A stretch of 34,977 nt of DNA from Catajapyx aquilonaris (lineage: Eukaryota). The notes under the pieces were generated by a model, which was not told the DNA's origin, did no database searches, and was given only the letters and a program-made list of their open reading frames with translations. The stretch covers positions 1-34,977 of the forward strand of contig KZ539057.1 of the NCBI GenBank assembly GCA_000934665.2, given 5' to 3'. How positions within the stretch are numbered: the first letter of the stretch is position 1; every line of letters begins with the position of its first letter. Position numbers and translations under genes: made by a program. Of the stretch, positions 1 to 12,492 are shown piece after piece.

Positions 1-42
1 ATCCGCCTTGAGGCCCCCATTGCGTCATCATACATGTTGTTG

Positions 43-233
43 TGGCTGTTGCCATTGGCACTGATTATTGTTGCGAATATTGTCAACTGTGATTGTTCAG
101 AAATAAACAACGATTTCAGTCTGGCAATTGAGGTGTCGACTGGCCATAGATACAAGCTGAAATCGTTGTTTATTTCTCAACAATCACAGTTGACAATATC
201 CGCAACAATAATCAGTGCCAATGGCAACAGCCA
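43..233. mobile_element. Foldback/MITE-like inverted repeat
   Basis: Arm 43-119 (tggctgttgccattggcactgattattg...gatttcag) is the near-perfect reverse complement of 157-233, with a ~37 bp spacer; no clear TSD. Confidence 0.75.
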
Positions 234-1319
234 ATGGAACAGCCACGGAATAAACAAGTGGGTCTCTTCAGATGAAACCCCAATGTTTGTAAAGGTCTCC
301 TTTGCTATGAAAACTGGATATGCAAGATTAACTTTGTTTCATTTGTGAAGGGCTACAATTGTTCAGATGCAGCAGAGTTAGTGCTTTGATACTCCCATGT
401 TTTTTTTTTTACATGTGACAGTAGAAATATGTGATAAACTCATTTAGTTGTTAAATTGAATCATGGAACTCATAACCGCGCTATGTTGCATTTTTAAGAT
501 AAGATAATCTTGACCTTATTGAATGAAGCCTATAATAACGAAAATAGAGCTCTCCTATGCCTGATATTGGTATCCATGGAAAGATTTGGCAAAACTGTCG
601 ACATACCAGGCGGTACGCCTCCTTGAGTTGGATGACTGAATAGCAAGCAACAGTTCTCCTCCTCCCCCCCCCCCCCCCCCCCCCNNNNNNNNNNNNNNNN
701 NNNNCGGAGAGGCCGGGGGGGAAAAATAGCGTGGCGTCGATTGCCACACTGTCGTGGAACGTAAAACTACACTATGTTCAACGAAAATTAAATTTATTGT
801 GCACGTAACTTGAAATATTGAACAATTATTGAACCATGGAAAGCAAAACTGAGCCAACTCCGGTGACGGGGAAAAAAATACTTGTGCACTTCTTGCACTG
901 ACCCCTCGGAAAGCATAGAAGGGACCATTGCACATGCATGGAATTTGCAGGGAAGTTGCAGCCGGCAATTCAACACCCATCCACGTTGAAATGATGCTTG
1001 TCGGACACATAGGTATGGTACAGCACACCTTTGTAGGGACCCCCTCCTCACGAAGCCCTCTTGGAGTTGTTTCGGTTTTCTCTTCCAAAAGTGTGTGGAA
1101 TACAAAAGTAAGCCAACTCCAATGGATTAAATCCATTGGAGTTAGCTTACCTTTGTATTTTGCAGGGCAGTTGCAGCGGACGATTCAACACCCATCCTGC
1201 CATCCACGTTGAAACGATGCTTGTTGGACATGTAGGTACTGCACAACACATGTTTGTAGTAACACCCTCCCCATGAAGCCCTCTAGGAGTTGTTGCTGTT
1301 TTCTCTTCCATGGCGTGTG

Positions 1320-1324
<5 letters not shown>

Positions 1325-1353
<29 letters not shown>

Positions 1354-1676
1354 TGTTGGGTTAGTGCTCACCCAGAGGGTATTTGCACGGACCTTTATTT
1401 CAATCGAAGTATACATGCTGGTGCCATATTCGAAGCGCCCGGGCCCACGGGCAGGATGACAGGAGGGGATGTGCAAGGGCAGTGCAATGTCTTTATGTGG
1501 CCATTTTTAGTGAACTCCCCCGGGTGGTTTAGTCTGTGGATATACCACCCGAGACGAAGCCAGAGGTGACCCTTGAACTCTGCACGAGATGAAGGGGGTG
1601 TCCCCGGGTTGGGATCGAACCCGGGACCTTAACATCCGTGGGCGCGCACGTTACCGCGGCGCCACTCCGTCTCCCC
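1325..1676 (-). mobile_element. tRNA-derived SINE, full length, (ATT)n tail
   Basis: Minus strand starts GGGGAGACGGAG-TGGCGCCGCGGT (A-box-like)...GGGTTCGATCCC (B box) and ends in (ATT)n at 1325-1353. Exact 12-bp TSD GCGTGTGGAATA at 1313-1324 and 1677-1688. CpG-rich, so probably young. Confidence 0.9.
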
Positions 1677-2123
1677 GCGTGTGGAATACAAAAGTAAGCT
1701 AACTCCAATTGATTAAATCCATTGGCGTTAGCTTACTTTTGTATTCCACACGCTCTTGGAAGAGAAAACCGAAAAAACTCCAAGAGTGCTTCGTGGGGAG
1801 GGGGTCACTACAAAGGTGTGCTGTGCAGTACCTGTATGTCCGACAAGCATCGTTTCAACGTGGACGCGGTTGAATAGCTGGCTGCAACTTCCCTGCAAAT
1901 TCCATGCATGTGCAATGGTCCCTTCTATGGTTTCTGAGGGGTCAGTGCAAGAAGTGCACAAGTCCTTTTTTCCCCACACTGGAGTTGGCTCGGTTTTGCT
2001 TTCCATGGTTCAATTATATTTGCAGAATAGAGTGTGGGAAAAATAGTTCCAGCGAAACTGAACCCATACCCCAGGTTTGACACATGTCGCCCAAGCAGGA
2101 GCTGTACGGTGATGAGCGGTACG

Positions 2124-2379
2124 TCACCCTGAACATAGCGCAGTTTTACGTCCCATGGAATATCAAGTGAAAGGGAAAATGAGTGGACCAAGGAATAGCA
2201 CGGAACCTATGTACACTGGGATCTCGATTCCTTAGGTCCAGTGACACATGCAGTCTTCTAAATACGTGTAGAGGTGTGTCGCATATTAGGACCTTCATTC
2301 TGTGCACTTCCTTGGTCCATTCATGTTCCTTTTCACTCAATATACCATGGAACCTAAAACCGTGCTATGTTCAGGGTGA
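2124..2379. repeat. Degenerate hairpin/MITE inside the right arm of the foldback element
   Basis: tcaccctgaacatagc...ccatggaatat...tggaccaaggaa pairs with ttccttggtcca...atataccatgg...gctatgttcagggtga. Confidence 0.65.
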
Positions 2380-4420
2380 GTTGCAATTGGGGGGGGGGGG
2401 GGNNNNNNNNNNNNNNNNNNNNNNNNNNNNNNNNNNNNNNNNNNNNNNNNNNNNNNNNNNNNNNNNNNNNNNNNNNNNNNNNNNNNNNNNNNNNNNNNNN
2501 NNNNNNNNNNNNNNNNNNNNNNNNNNNNNNNNNNNNNNNNNNNNNNNNNNNNNNNNNNNNNNNNNNNNNNNNNNNNNNNNNNNNNNNNNNNNNNNNNNNN
2601 NNNNNNNNNNNNNGGGGGGGGTGTCAAACTGTCGCTTGCCATTCAGTTGTTGTTCAACTCAAGGGAGTCATACCACCCAGCATTTGGACAGTTTCGACAC
2701 ATCTTTCCATGGATAGCAATATCACACATATGCGATCTGTATTTTCATTATTGTAGGCTTCGTTCTATAAGGTCGAGTTTGGTTTATCTTGAAAATGCAA
2801 CATAGCGTAGTTTTGAGTTCCACGATTCAATTATGTTTCTACCCTGTGTCAGTTCATAATTACACCACATTCATGGCAGTGACTATAACTTACAAGTGGA
2901 CCATAATACTGAATCACATTATTTGATGTACTCGTGTTGATTTGAATCTTTTTAATATCATCAAAAACTAATTAAGTTAACTTTTTTCTGAACTGGGTGC
3001 TTTGCATCTGCAGTGTTAAATCTTGCTCCAGTCTAGATGAATGAAGGCAAATCTACAGTGAGAATTTCCAAATAATGAGATGGTGGAAGGAAAGTGAACA
3101 ATAGCATGCAGTACTTAACTAATTTGATCCAGTATATAATGTGAATATACAGGCTGGAGGTAAGTAACAAGGCTAACGCAAGGGAAGTTCCTTGAAACTT
3201 AGAATGAAATACTAATGTGTACATTGACACAACAGCGGCCTGCATGCAGAATAAAAAATATCTATTCACACCAATATTTCTGATGTTTTGATGTTGTGTA
3301 GTGTGTAGCTTGATTTATTTTTACACTTTGTGAAGAATGTACACAAATTGCGTGTTACTTTGTCAAACTGTTTTACAAAGGAAAGTGATTCATACCACCT
3401 TGTATAGCTGGTCATGTATTTCAAAAACTGAAAGTATCTTGTACAAGGAATTATTTAGCCATTTATTTGTATATGGCCTGTTTTGAGAGACATTTTTATT
3501 AATAGCTCCAATAATGTGTAGTAGTGTATGAAATTCAACATCCCCTATGAAGTACTGGCACAAATCAAGCAATATAGATTAGTGACCAACACTGGCCAGC
3601 CTATGCTGTGTGATCCCATCAGGGGAACGTGGCAGAAGTCAACAGAAGAATATAAAAGTGCCTATGTCCTATCCAGATCATAGTTTCAATTATGGCTGGT
3701 ATGTTTAAACTTCTAAACATCTGAACTGACTTGGGCCTGCATGTTGGTCCTTGGCTAAGCCTGGGTGCCATGCAGAATCATGACTTGCTTCCACTTTCTT
3801 GGGAGCATAGGGTTTTGAGTTGACAGGCAGGAGCTGGAACAGTAGCCTACTATGCAAATGCCCATGTGTCTGACAGTTCAGTCAAGACTATAAAATTGTC
3901 CAGTGTTGAACTTAACATTTTTGAGGGCAACATCCACTCATTGCAATGTAAATATCTGTCCTGTCATGTATCCCATTTTGGCTTTCTGATTTACTATATA
4001 GCACTGCAGTGCTTGCATCTGTCTACTGCGTAATACAGTACAAGCATTACTTACAGCTGTTCCAACTACTCATAGTAAGAAACTATATGCCTGGGCCTGC
4101 GTGGAAAATAACATGCATATAGGTAGGTAATACACTTGACTTATACCACTTGAAGCTTCATACCAGCCACACAAGCACTCGCACATATTCCCTTCAAAAT
4201 TTGACTCTTGACCACATATTTCTCTTCGATGTATTTTCCTGCTGAATAATATGGTATGCAGTACAAAGGCTTACAGAACACGGTGATGGGCAGAGTGGGA
4301 CTAAGTGAGATCACCTGCAGGATGGAAGAGCAAATACAGTAGGAATTGATATTTGAGAGGCACCAACAACATGAGAAGAGCCTCCATTAGCGAAACATAG
4401 TCTGTGTGTTTTTGTTTGTA

Positions 4421-4684
4421 CCTTCCCCAAATCCCTGGGTTTACATGCACCCCCCCCCCCCCTCCCTTTCGGGAGTCATTGAGGCATAACTCATACAAAA
4501 CATGGGTCAATGATACCCAATAAAACCATTGGCACATGCATTTTCTTTCTTACATGTTAATGCACGTTGTTACATGTTACATGTCGTACATGGAGGTTGT
4601 CACTGACCCATATGTTTCGTACAAGTTACACCACAATGACTCATGAACTGGGGGGTGCACGTAAACCCAGGGATTTGGGGAAGG
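4421..4684. mobile_element. MITE with TA TSD (Tc1/mariner-superfamily-like)
   Basis: Perfect 24-bp TIR CCTTCCCCAAATCCCTGGGTTTAC / GTAAACCCAGGGATTTGGGGAAGG, continuing degenerately inward; TA at 4419-4420 and 4685-4686. Confidence 0.85.
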
Positions 4685-5040
4685 TATTTTATTATAAACC
4701 CATATAGAGGGGTCATTCCATGTCAATCCTGTAAATGGTGGTGGCTCGACCCCTTCTGATGTAACTGAAAAAAATCAGGTAGATAGGGATCTGTACCTTA
4801 TTGCGAAATCCTAAATTTGAGGCCGCTGGAGTCAAATCTCACGGACATATAACAATGTAAAGTTCAACAATGACATCTATATCAAGTATTTTTAACTGTT
4901 CACACTGTTCTCCTAACACCAACATGTTATATATCAAATGGAAGGTAATGCAGAGAGGAATAAACATGGTTACACAATATTCGACGTAACTCGTAAAACG
5001 ACATTTTAAAAAAAACACGAAGATATGCGGAAATCACTAT

Positions 5041-5259
5041 GGGCCGAATTCAGAGAGGTTGCTTAATGTAAACGCGCCCGATTAAATCCTTTAGTCATCC
5101 TCGATTAGCAAATTTAACCAACCTGCTAATACAAAGACGGCGATTAGCGCTAAACGCCCCCTAATCGCACTTGCTAGCACTTTTAAATTTGATAATCGAG
5201 GATGACTAAAGGATTTAATCGGGCGCGTTTACGTTAAGCAACCTCTCTGAATTCGGCCC
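5041..5259. mobile_element. Young MITE, PIF/Harbinger (Tourist)-like
   Basis: ~70-bp near-perfect TIRs starting GGGCCGAATTCAGAGAGGTTGCTTAA; 3-bp TSD TAT at 5038-5040 and 5260-5262; CpGs retained. Confidence 0.85.
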
Positions 5260-5405
5260 TATATATTCCCGATAGCCGTAAATCATAGTATTATGATTTT
5301 CACCAATAGATATTTAGGATGTAGGGCAATCACCTTTGCCTAAATGCACATGCAAAACCTCATTGTGATAGGTCATGGGGTTGGAAATAAAAATTCCCTA
5401 AAATA

Positions 5406-5950
5406 CAGTTGAATCCGGATATAACAGCCTTGGTTATAACAGACTCAAAAGGCCAGTCCTGGCAAACTTCCATAAGGGCCTGTGTATTTTTACTCCTGAT
5501 ATAACATACCAATACTCATTTTCATCTCACCTTGGCTCTAACATACCATTTCTTGACCCCTCTGTGGGAACACATTCTGCTTTTGATTACTTCACTTCTT
5601 TTCCCATGTGAGGAAAGCAATGCATGCTGGAGAGGGGGTGATTTTCGTATCTGTCACTGATCTAACACTTGCAGCAAAGGTCAAAATAATTTTGTGGTAT
5701 ATTTGGCAAGAAGGAGACGGCAGGAAAAATAAATAATTTTCTTTGGTCCTGCATAATTTACGGATGAGCTAATTTTGCATTTTGTGGATAGTTTCATTAA
5801 TCAGTATGCAGTTGTGTGCATTATACGCATATAAAAAGCAGAAAATTTTGTATATTCGTTGCAAAATTGGTGGTTTAGTTATAACAGACCTCAGTTATAA
5901 CGTACTTTATTCCACGGCCCCTTGAAGTCTGTTATATTCGGATTCAACTG
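5406..5950. mobile_element. pogo/Tigger-like non-autonomous element
   Basis: TA|CAGTTGAATCCGGATATAACAG ... CTGTTATATTCGGATTCAACTG; repeated subterminal (T)ATAAC motifs. Confidence 0.75.
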
Positions 5951-6217
5951 TTTATATGAGTAATAAAAATTGTGACAATATTTGAATGACTGTAAAGTTC
6001 TATTTGCAAGTTGCATTAGGCAACATACCACCTGCTTTATTGTGGAAAAGGGACCTTGCAGCAGATGGCAATAACCCTGCCATCTCCTGCTTGGATTTGA
6101 ACCTTGGCAATCCATTTGGTGCTCTCTGCATGTGACTTCATAATTCTTCCAAGTGAAACATGTGAATAGACCTTAAACAGGATTGAATATCAGAAAGAGC
6201 TTATCTATCGTACCTTG

Positions 6218-6354
6218 TCACATGTAATGTGCAAAGGTACCTCTTTTTTGTCTGGGGGGGGGGGGGGATCTAACACTAGGGGCCAGCAGTGTTGGACCCC
6301 CCCCCCCCCTCCCCAAGATGAAAAAAAAGAGATACCTTTGCACATTACATGTGA
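6218..6354. mobile_element. Short hairpin MITE with internal poly-G/poly-C arms
   Basis: tcacatgtaatgtgcaaaggta...G-run pairs with C-run...tacctttgcacattacatgtga. Confidence 0.7.
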
Positions 6355-8280
6355 TACCTGTACTATGTGTTTCATAATTTAGCTCACATCCATATCTGTG
6401 GAAATGTTGTGGCAGTTGCTGCAGCAAGTCCGTACACCTGTGTCTGAGTGTACGTACTTGCCGAATATGAGTAAGTGGAAGTTAAGGCACAATCACCATG
6501 ATCAACTCCCTTCTCTCCCTCACCTCTCTCCCTTAGGGCACCAAGAAATCATACCGGCTTACACATTTATGCAGATATGAGTGTGAGCTAAATTCTGACT
6601 CACATGGTATAATATTTGCTACCAAAGTGAAATTCATGGCACCCGTCCACACACAATGAAGAAGATATGCGTCAGTTGTGCTGCATGAAGCGACTTTCAA
6701 CACAATCCTTTTCCCACACATCTTTGCCTGATGGCAAGTTAATGTCTCCACCAAATAGCAGGCAGACTGAATACTACAGTCCTAAATTCTAGAGGAGTAT
6801 CATATAATTATATTATAACAACTGCAAAGGAAAATACATTATTTCAAACATGCACTTAGAGGGTATGCTTAATAACAGGATGGTTGGTCATAATCTGGCC
6901 AACCTACTTTGAAGAATTAAAACATATGTCAGGCTAACACACAGGATGTAGGGGGTTTCATAATCAATCAATTTAGGATGAATTTTTATGAGCCAGGGGG
7001 ATGAGAGGGTGGTCATCTGGTCTGCTGGCTTGTTACCAAGATATTGGGTTCTTAATGTGTGTTGTGGCATATCCTGTAAGATTTTCATACTACCAGACAA
7101 GGCAAGCATCTGAAAAATCTGGTGTCTCTGCTACTTGCAAGGACACATGTGCAAATTTGGGATCATGATCCACATTCTGTGTATTAATTAGCTGATATGG
7201 TATGCATTTGAGAGTCCATTCATCTGTCCCACATACCACCATTTACTTGGGCTAATAAGGATATGTCAAAATGCCTGGCCCTATTATTACATAAATAAAT
7301 ACGTATAATGGAAAATAATGATACTGCTAATGATAATGCTTATGGTGCTGTCCAAGTAACAACAGTACATGTGTTCATAGCATTTTCATCCCCTGAGCAC
7401 AAGATACTTTAATACCATCACACTGTGGAGGATCATCAACAGCCAGAAACTGAACAAGTTTCACCATCAGAAAGTGCAAGCTTTGGGCCCCACAAACTAC
7501 CTTCAAAGTGTTGAATTTTCTCAGTGTTCTGGTTACATGTGATATTTTTCGGGAATTTAATGTGGTTCAGTTGAGTGTTATTGCATTGGTGACCATAATT
7601 GACCATTAGATTTCATTTGAGAATGTTGCCATCTTATCATTTACACTGCCCATGACATAATCTGCAGAGAACACTGTTTTAGACATGATCAACATGTGGT
7701 CAGGTGCAAACCTTCCAGGATATGCTTGATACATGATAAAAGGCCAGTTATTATCTCAGTACTGACACTATGGAAAACAAAGTCACCTCTACATTAAGTA
7801 AACCTCTGGTAAGCAGCAGTTCACCCTAGAAGTTTTTCTGAATCATTATGAAAGACCCTCTCTTTTATTATGACCCTTATAAAACTGAAGCAGAAAAAAA
7901 TACCTCCTAATTTTTGTCTGCCTGAACATGAATATCTATGGAACCATGGATCAATAATATATTTTAATTGAATCTTTTTATATAAAAAACTTGTATGGTG
8001 TACTCATGACATTAACCTGCAGGTTTTGGATTTTCATGGATCACAGTAAGTAGGCCCTAGTTTAGTCCAGTGTTTTTAGAAGCTCTTGGCCATCTGATAA
8101 CCCATTGCTCACGTTAGTGCTGTAGAAATAAACCATAATTGAGGAAGTTCGTAATACCCAACCTTTCTTCATATAAATTTTGCAATCTGCCTGTAATCTA
8201 ACTACATATTGCACTAGAAAACGCTGGACTAATACACAATACCTTACAGGCAGATATAGCCATCTGGAGACATATAATTA

Positions 8281-8622
8281 CATTGTATTCCTGATTATTC
8301 GTGTGGGGATTATCCTTGTTGCAGATTATCCATGCATCGCGAAACAAAGTTAGAAATAAAAGCTAGAAATATTGTAAATGTAGCTAGTGAACAAAGAAAT
8401 GTGCACACTAGCCAGAAGTCAGACTAAAAATCTATTGTAAGTTTTATTATTTTCATTAAATGGTAATTATTGCATCATGCACTACGTACAGTACGGTAGT
8501 TCATTAAAAACATTGAAATAGCTCATTTTTACGGTATGTAGGACCATTTTTGGATTATCCGTGTTTTACAGTTATCTGGGCCACCTGTGCATTAATTAGC
8601 ATGGATAATCAAGAGTGCAGTG
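8281..8622. mobile_element. Old degraded pogo-like MITE
   Basis: Left cattgtattcctgattattc vs right ggataatcaagagtgcagtg (degenerate inverted pair); internal gattatcc repeats. Confidence 0.45.
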
Positions 8623-11563
8623 AATCACTTATTGCAATGGAGCATACTTGACTATCTAGTGAGATGTATTACATGTACGATGAAATTGTCGGTTCAGTTC
8701 ACTCATGCAGTGTAGGTGATGCTGACATTATCCACAAGGCTCACATTCTGTAGATATTCTCATAACATCTTTTCTATAGTGATTTTTTTACATCGGGACG
8801 CACAGGGGAAGTGCTTATAAACATCGTATGTGAACAAAATTATTTAGAAACACAAAATTACACCTGCTTCGGTTTGTTACAGGCCCTATTGATTGGTAGA
8901 TATCAGGGTCTGTTTCTGCAAAAAATGAAGGCATGAGTTTTTCTGTGATGTACTGTTCCCATCTTTCCTTCCCAAGAAACAAGCAAGCATGCTTTTTTGT
9001 ATGCATTCTACAAGTTTCCATAATTCCAGTTTGATTCTGGTATGTGAAAAATTAAGCCGAAGGTTTGATGATGTTATTCACCTTTTAAGTGCCAATATTA
9101 AATGTGTTTTTTAAGTACACAGAAACTTGTACATATGCATCATGCCTATTTTTAAAAACATTTACAGTAGATGCTTTTGTCATGTCCAGTACCTTAGTTA
9201 CATTTGGCTTTGCCAGATTCCAAAGGCACCCTCACACTATAGTAGTAGGCTAATTAACCTCAACTTAATTTTCATGCCTACATAAAAGTAGAACATGATA
9301 ATTATGTAGTTGTCGCAGAAATAAAGATTTCATGCATGTAGGCAGGTGGCATCACCAACAATATTACTGATAATCAAAAAGTAACATTTGTTTAATGACT
9401 TTTACTGATATTTTTGTTCTTTTGAATTCTGCCCTAAATTAAACTGAAAAAGGCTATTAAAATATACACCTGTCATCAGCAATGCACACAAATCAGATGT
9501 TTTTTTTTTAAATATTTGTCTGAGGCTTTATATTGGGTGAGGCATGATTAAAGATTTTTCTGAAAGAGGGCACTTAAGTACGTATAATATAATTTCAAGA
9601 CTTTTGTAACTAACTGGCAGCTAAGTAGGTATGAATGTAAGTCATCTTGCAACTACATTGTATTACATTTGTAAATTTCATATCAGAAACATTATTAACA
9701 GGAAATTCTTTGATTTCTGCAACATTTCAAATTTGATTAGACAAATTTAGGCTTTGTATGTAATTGACATACCCTGTCATAGAGTAATAGCATATAAGTG
9801 AGTAGATTAATGGGTGAATCGGCTTCAAGTGCTAGCCACGAGCATGTGTGCATGCACATGCTGTAGGTAATAGTGTGGCCAGAACAGGAAGACGCTTCTC
9901 ATACATTCTCGTCTCAAGTTGGTTGCAAAAACGTTGGTGCTCAGCAGATATAATATATACCAGGTGCTGCAAGATCACTTTACTATACCAATTATAATAT
10001 TGAAATTACCTTTGTGATAGTTACAGTATATGCCCATCTATATTAATTTATGCTAAGTTGTTAAAGAAGCATTTGAAAGATACTGGATCTTATGAGTGTG
10101 TGGAATTGATCTTGTACCACATGGTATTTTGTGTGGTATAGCCAGGCTATAAATGTGCAGTAGGTATCCTAACAGCACCTAAAACCCAGTGACATATTGG
10201 CATAGGCATATTAATATATGTGTTGTGGCTTCTTATAATTTCAGTCGCAAGCGAAGTTTTGTAGCTCACAGTTGTGTGTGTTGAAGAATGAATGATTCAG
10301 AACAATCCAATTATTGGTGATTAGTTCTAAGTGTTGTCCTGCAATGCGTCTCTCTACAATGTAACTTACAGTAATATAATGCCTATCCCCAAATATTCAC
10401 TCCCAGATAGTCTTTCTTGTGAATGGACTGAGAGACTCCAATTATTGAACAGCACAGCCACTGAACATGCAAAACCTAGGAAAGGAACATGTTAACTGTA
10501 ATGTAGGTGTGTTTCTCTGCCAAGACCAAGCCCTATGGAGCATGAGTGCCTAGGCACTGAAGTGTATTTTGAAAGTTTACAAGGTTTTTAAAAAGTATCT
10601 GAGTCATTTTCGGCTGATAATATAGTTTAACCGTATTGCTAATTGAGAGGTTCGTGAAGTGTTGGTGCAGTATCCTGTGCTCCAGTATAATAGTGAATTA
10701 AAGGATAATCTCTTATAGGCTTACCATCGCCATAACCACATTCTTTGAAACAAAAATGTATCATAGTATATTAATGTAAGTTCTTTTGGATACATGTGTA
10801 TCTGGAAACAGCAGTTTGCATAGTGTGGTAATTCTGTTGTCATGACATTTTAATGCATTGTGCAATATTAAGTATCAAACTTTCAAATCAAAGTATAATG
10901 TACTACAATAGCACTTAAAATTTTTATGTGCAAAATGTTTTTGGTGCTTATCTTTAAAAATAATTACTGACTCAGTAGACTACTTGGTCCCAAGTCTCAT
11001 TGATCAAATGATACTCTGATATTAGGAGGCATGAGAGGCTCCAGTGAGATCTAAGGTTGCAGATGCTGCCAACAAAGGCATGACCATGAGTCCTTTATCA
11101 GAAGCATCAGGATTCGAAAGAGCCAGGTCTTCACTCTTCAGCTATCTCTATCATATCTTCCTGAACATTAGCTGGCACTATTGACCATTCCTCCAAGTCA
11201 GGCTGATCCTCAGCAATCCTCAGTGACCATGGTCATGGAGAGTCAGTCTGGATTATTGACAAGTGGGAAGGACCTTTTCCTTCCTAATAATTAACCTTCA
11301 CCAGTGCCAGTGTTGCATGGATGCCTAATGACTAGAGTGGGAACTGGGGTTCTTCTTCAAATCTTTTTTGAGGCATACAGTATAATTATGTATCCATCTT
11401 ATGCACCTTACACAGTATTGCATTACATAACATTTAAATATTTCAATTGGTAATATCATGTAATGATCATACTATAATACTATGTACCTGCAATCAGTTC
11501 TGTCATCTCACTAATTGATTGCATTTTATATACTGTAATTAAATTTCACAGGATGACATATTA

Positions 11564-12492
11564 TGAGGGTATGCTGATAATTTTTTCTTCCATGCACATC
11601 GAATTTATAATACATGCCACAGGACAATGAGGTGACATCAAATGAAAGCCTGAAATGTCCTCTTCAAAACCATATATTTACTTTTCTACATAACTACCAC
11701 CAACATCAGTACACTTGCACCAATGATGTACGGGTTTTTCCTCCGGTCGGTGTGCAACTCTGGGCTGTGGGAGAGGCACCAAGTGCGAACAGCAGCCTCA
11801 ACTTCTGCATTGGAGCTGGACTGGCCCCTTCAGATGTGTCTTCATTTTTGTAGAAAGAAAGACTTCACAGGGCACAGCATCTGGGCTGTGTATAGCAGAT
11901 GAGGAAGTGCAGGGAAATTGAGTCTCTGGAGAAGGTGTCGTGCACGTTGAGTTCCTGACTGGTCACGAGCCTGTGAATTCTGAGGTGCATGTAGACACCT
12001 TGTGCAATGTGCAGGTTTTAGGCACACTTGAACAGTATGTGCCCAGGAAAGGATGTCATTGTTCACCATGATACTGCTCAACCACACACAGCACGCAATC
12101 ACACTGCAAATGTGCAGATGCCTTCCAAAGACTCAAGACCCCGTACTTTCTAATCTGGCATAACAGCCCATATCTTGTGCCCTGCAACTTCTTTCTTTTT
12201 CAAAAAATGAAGACACACCTGAAGGGCAATCGGTACAGCTCCAATACAGAAGTTGAGGCTGCTGTTCGCGCTTGGTGCCACTCCCCCAGCCCAGAGTTGT
12301 ACGTCGACCGGGGGAAAAGACTAGTACGTCGTTGGTGCATGTGTACTGCTGTTGGTGGTAGTTATGTAGATAAGTAAATGTATGGTTTTGAAGAGGACAT
12401 TTCAGGCTTTCATTTGATGTCACCCTCATTGTCCTGTGACATGTATTAAAAATTCTATGTGCATGGAGGCAAAAATTATCAGCATGCCCTTG
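11564..12492 (+). mobile_element. Non-autonomous mariner derivative with ~340-bp inverted arms, both made of the element's 3' end
   Basis: TA-flanked; 11564-~11905 is the reverse complement of ~12150-12492. The + strand retains transposase relics GVVHVEFL..VNSE, VHHDTAQPHTAR and PCNFFLFQKMKTHLKGNRYSSNTEVEAAVRAW...GGSYVDK* (mariner C-terminus). Confidence 0.88.

Larger units (their letters stand above)
454..2832. mobile_element. Large degenerate foldback element (long inverted arms, internal duplication, nested insertions)
   Basis: ~454-660 is the reverse complement of ~2620-2832 and ~830-1130 of ~1715-2015. ~1160-1320 directly duplicates ~945-1100. Two copies of the central palindrome ...actccaatggattaaatccattggagt... 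at ~1116-1143 and ~1702-1729. Confidence 0.7.

Noticed and set aside
2389..2621. Poly-G/C runs bordering N gaps (also ~665-704 and ~23448-23517) as G-quadruplex elements
   Set aside because: True length and sequence are unknown; typical sequencing dropout at homopolymers.
481..2756. Cluster of 60-190 aa ORFs with mutual similarity
   Set aside because: Similarity comes from the inverted/duplicated foldback arms and N gaps; no protein motifs.
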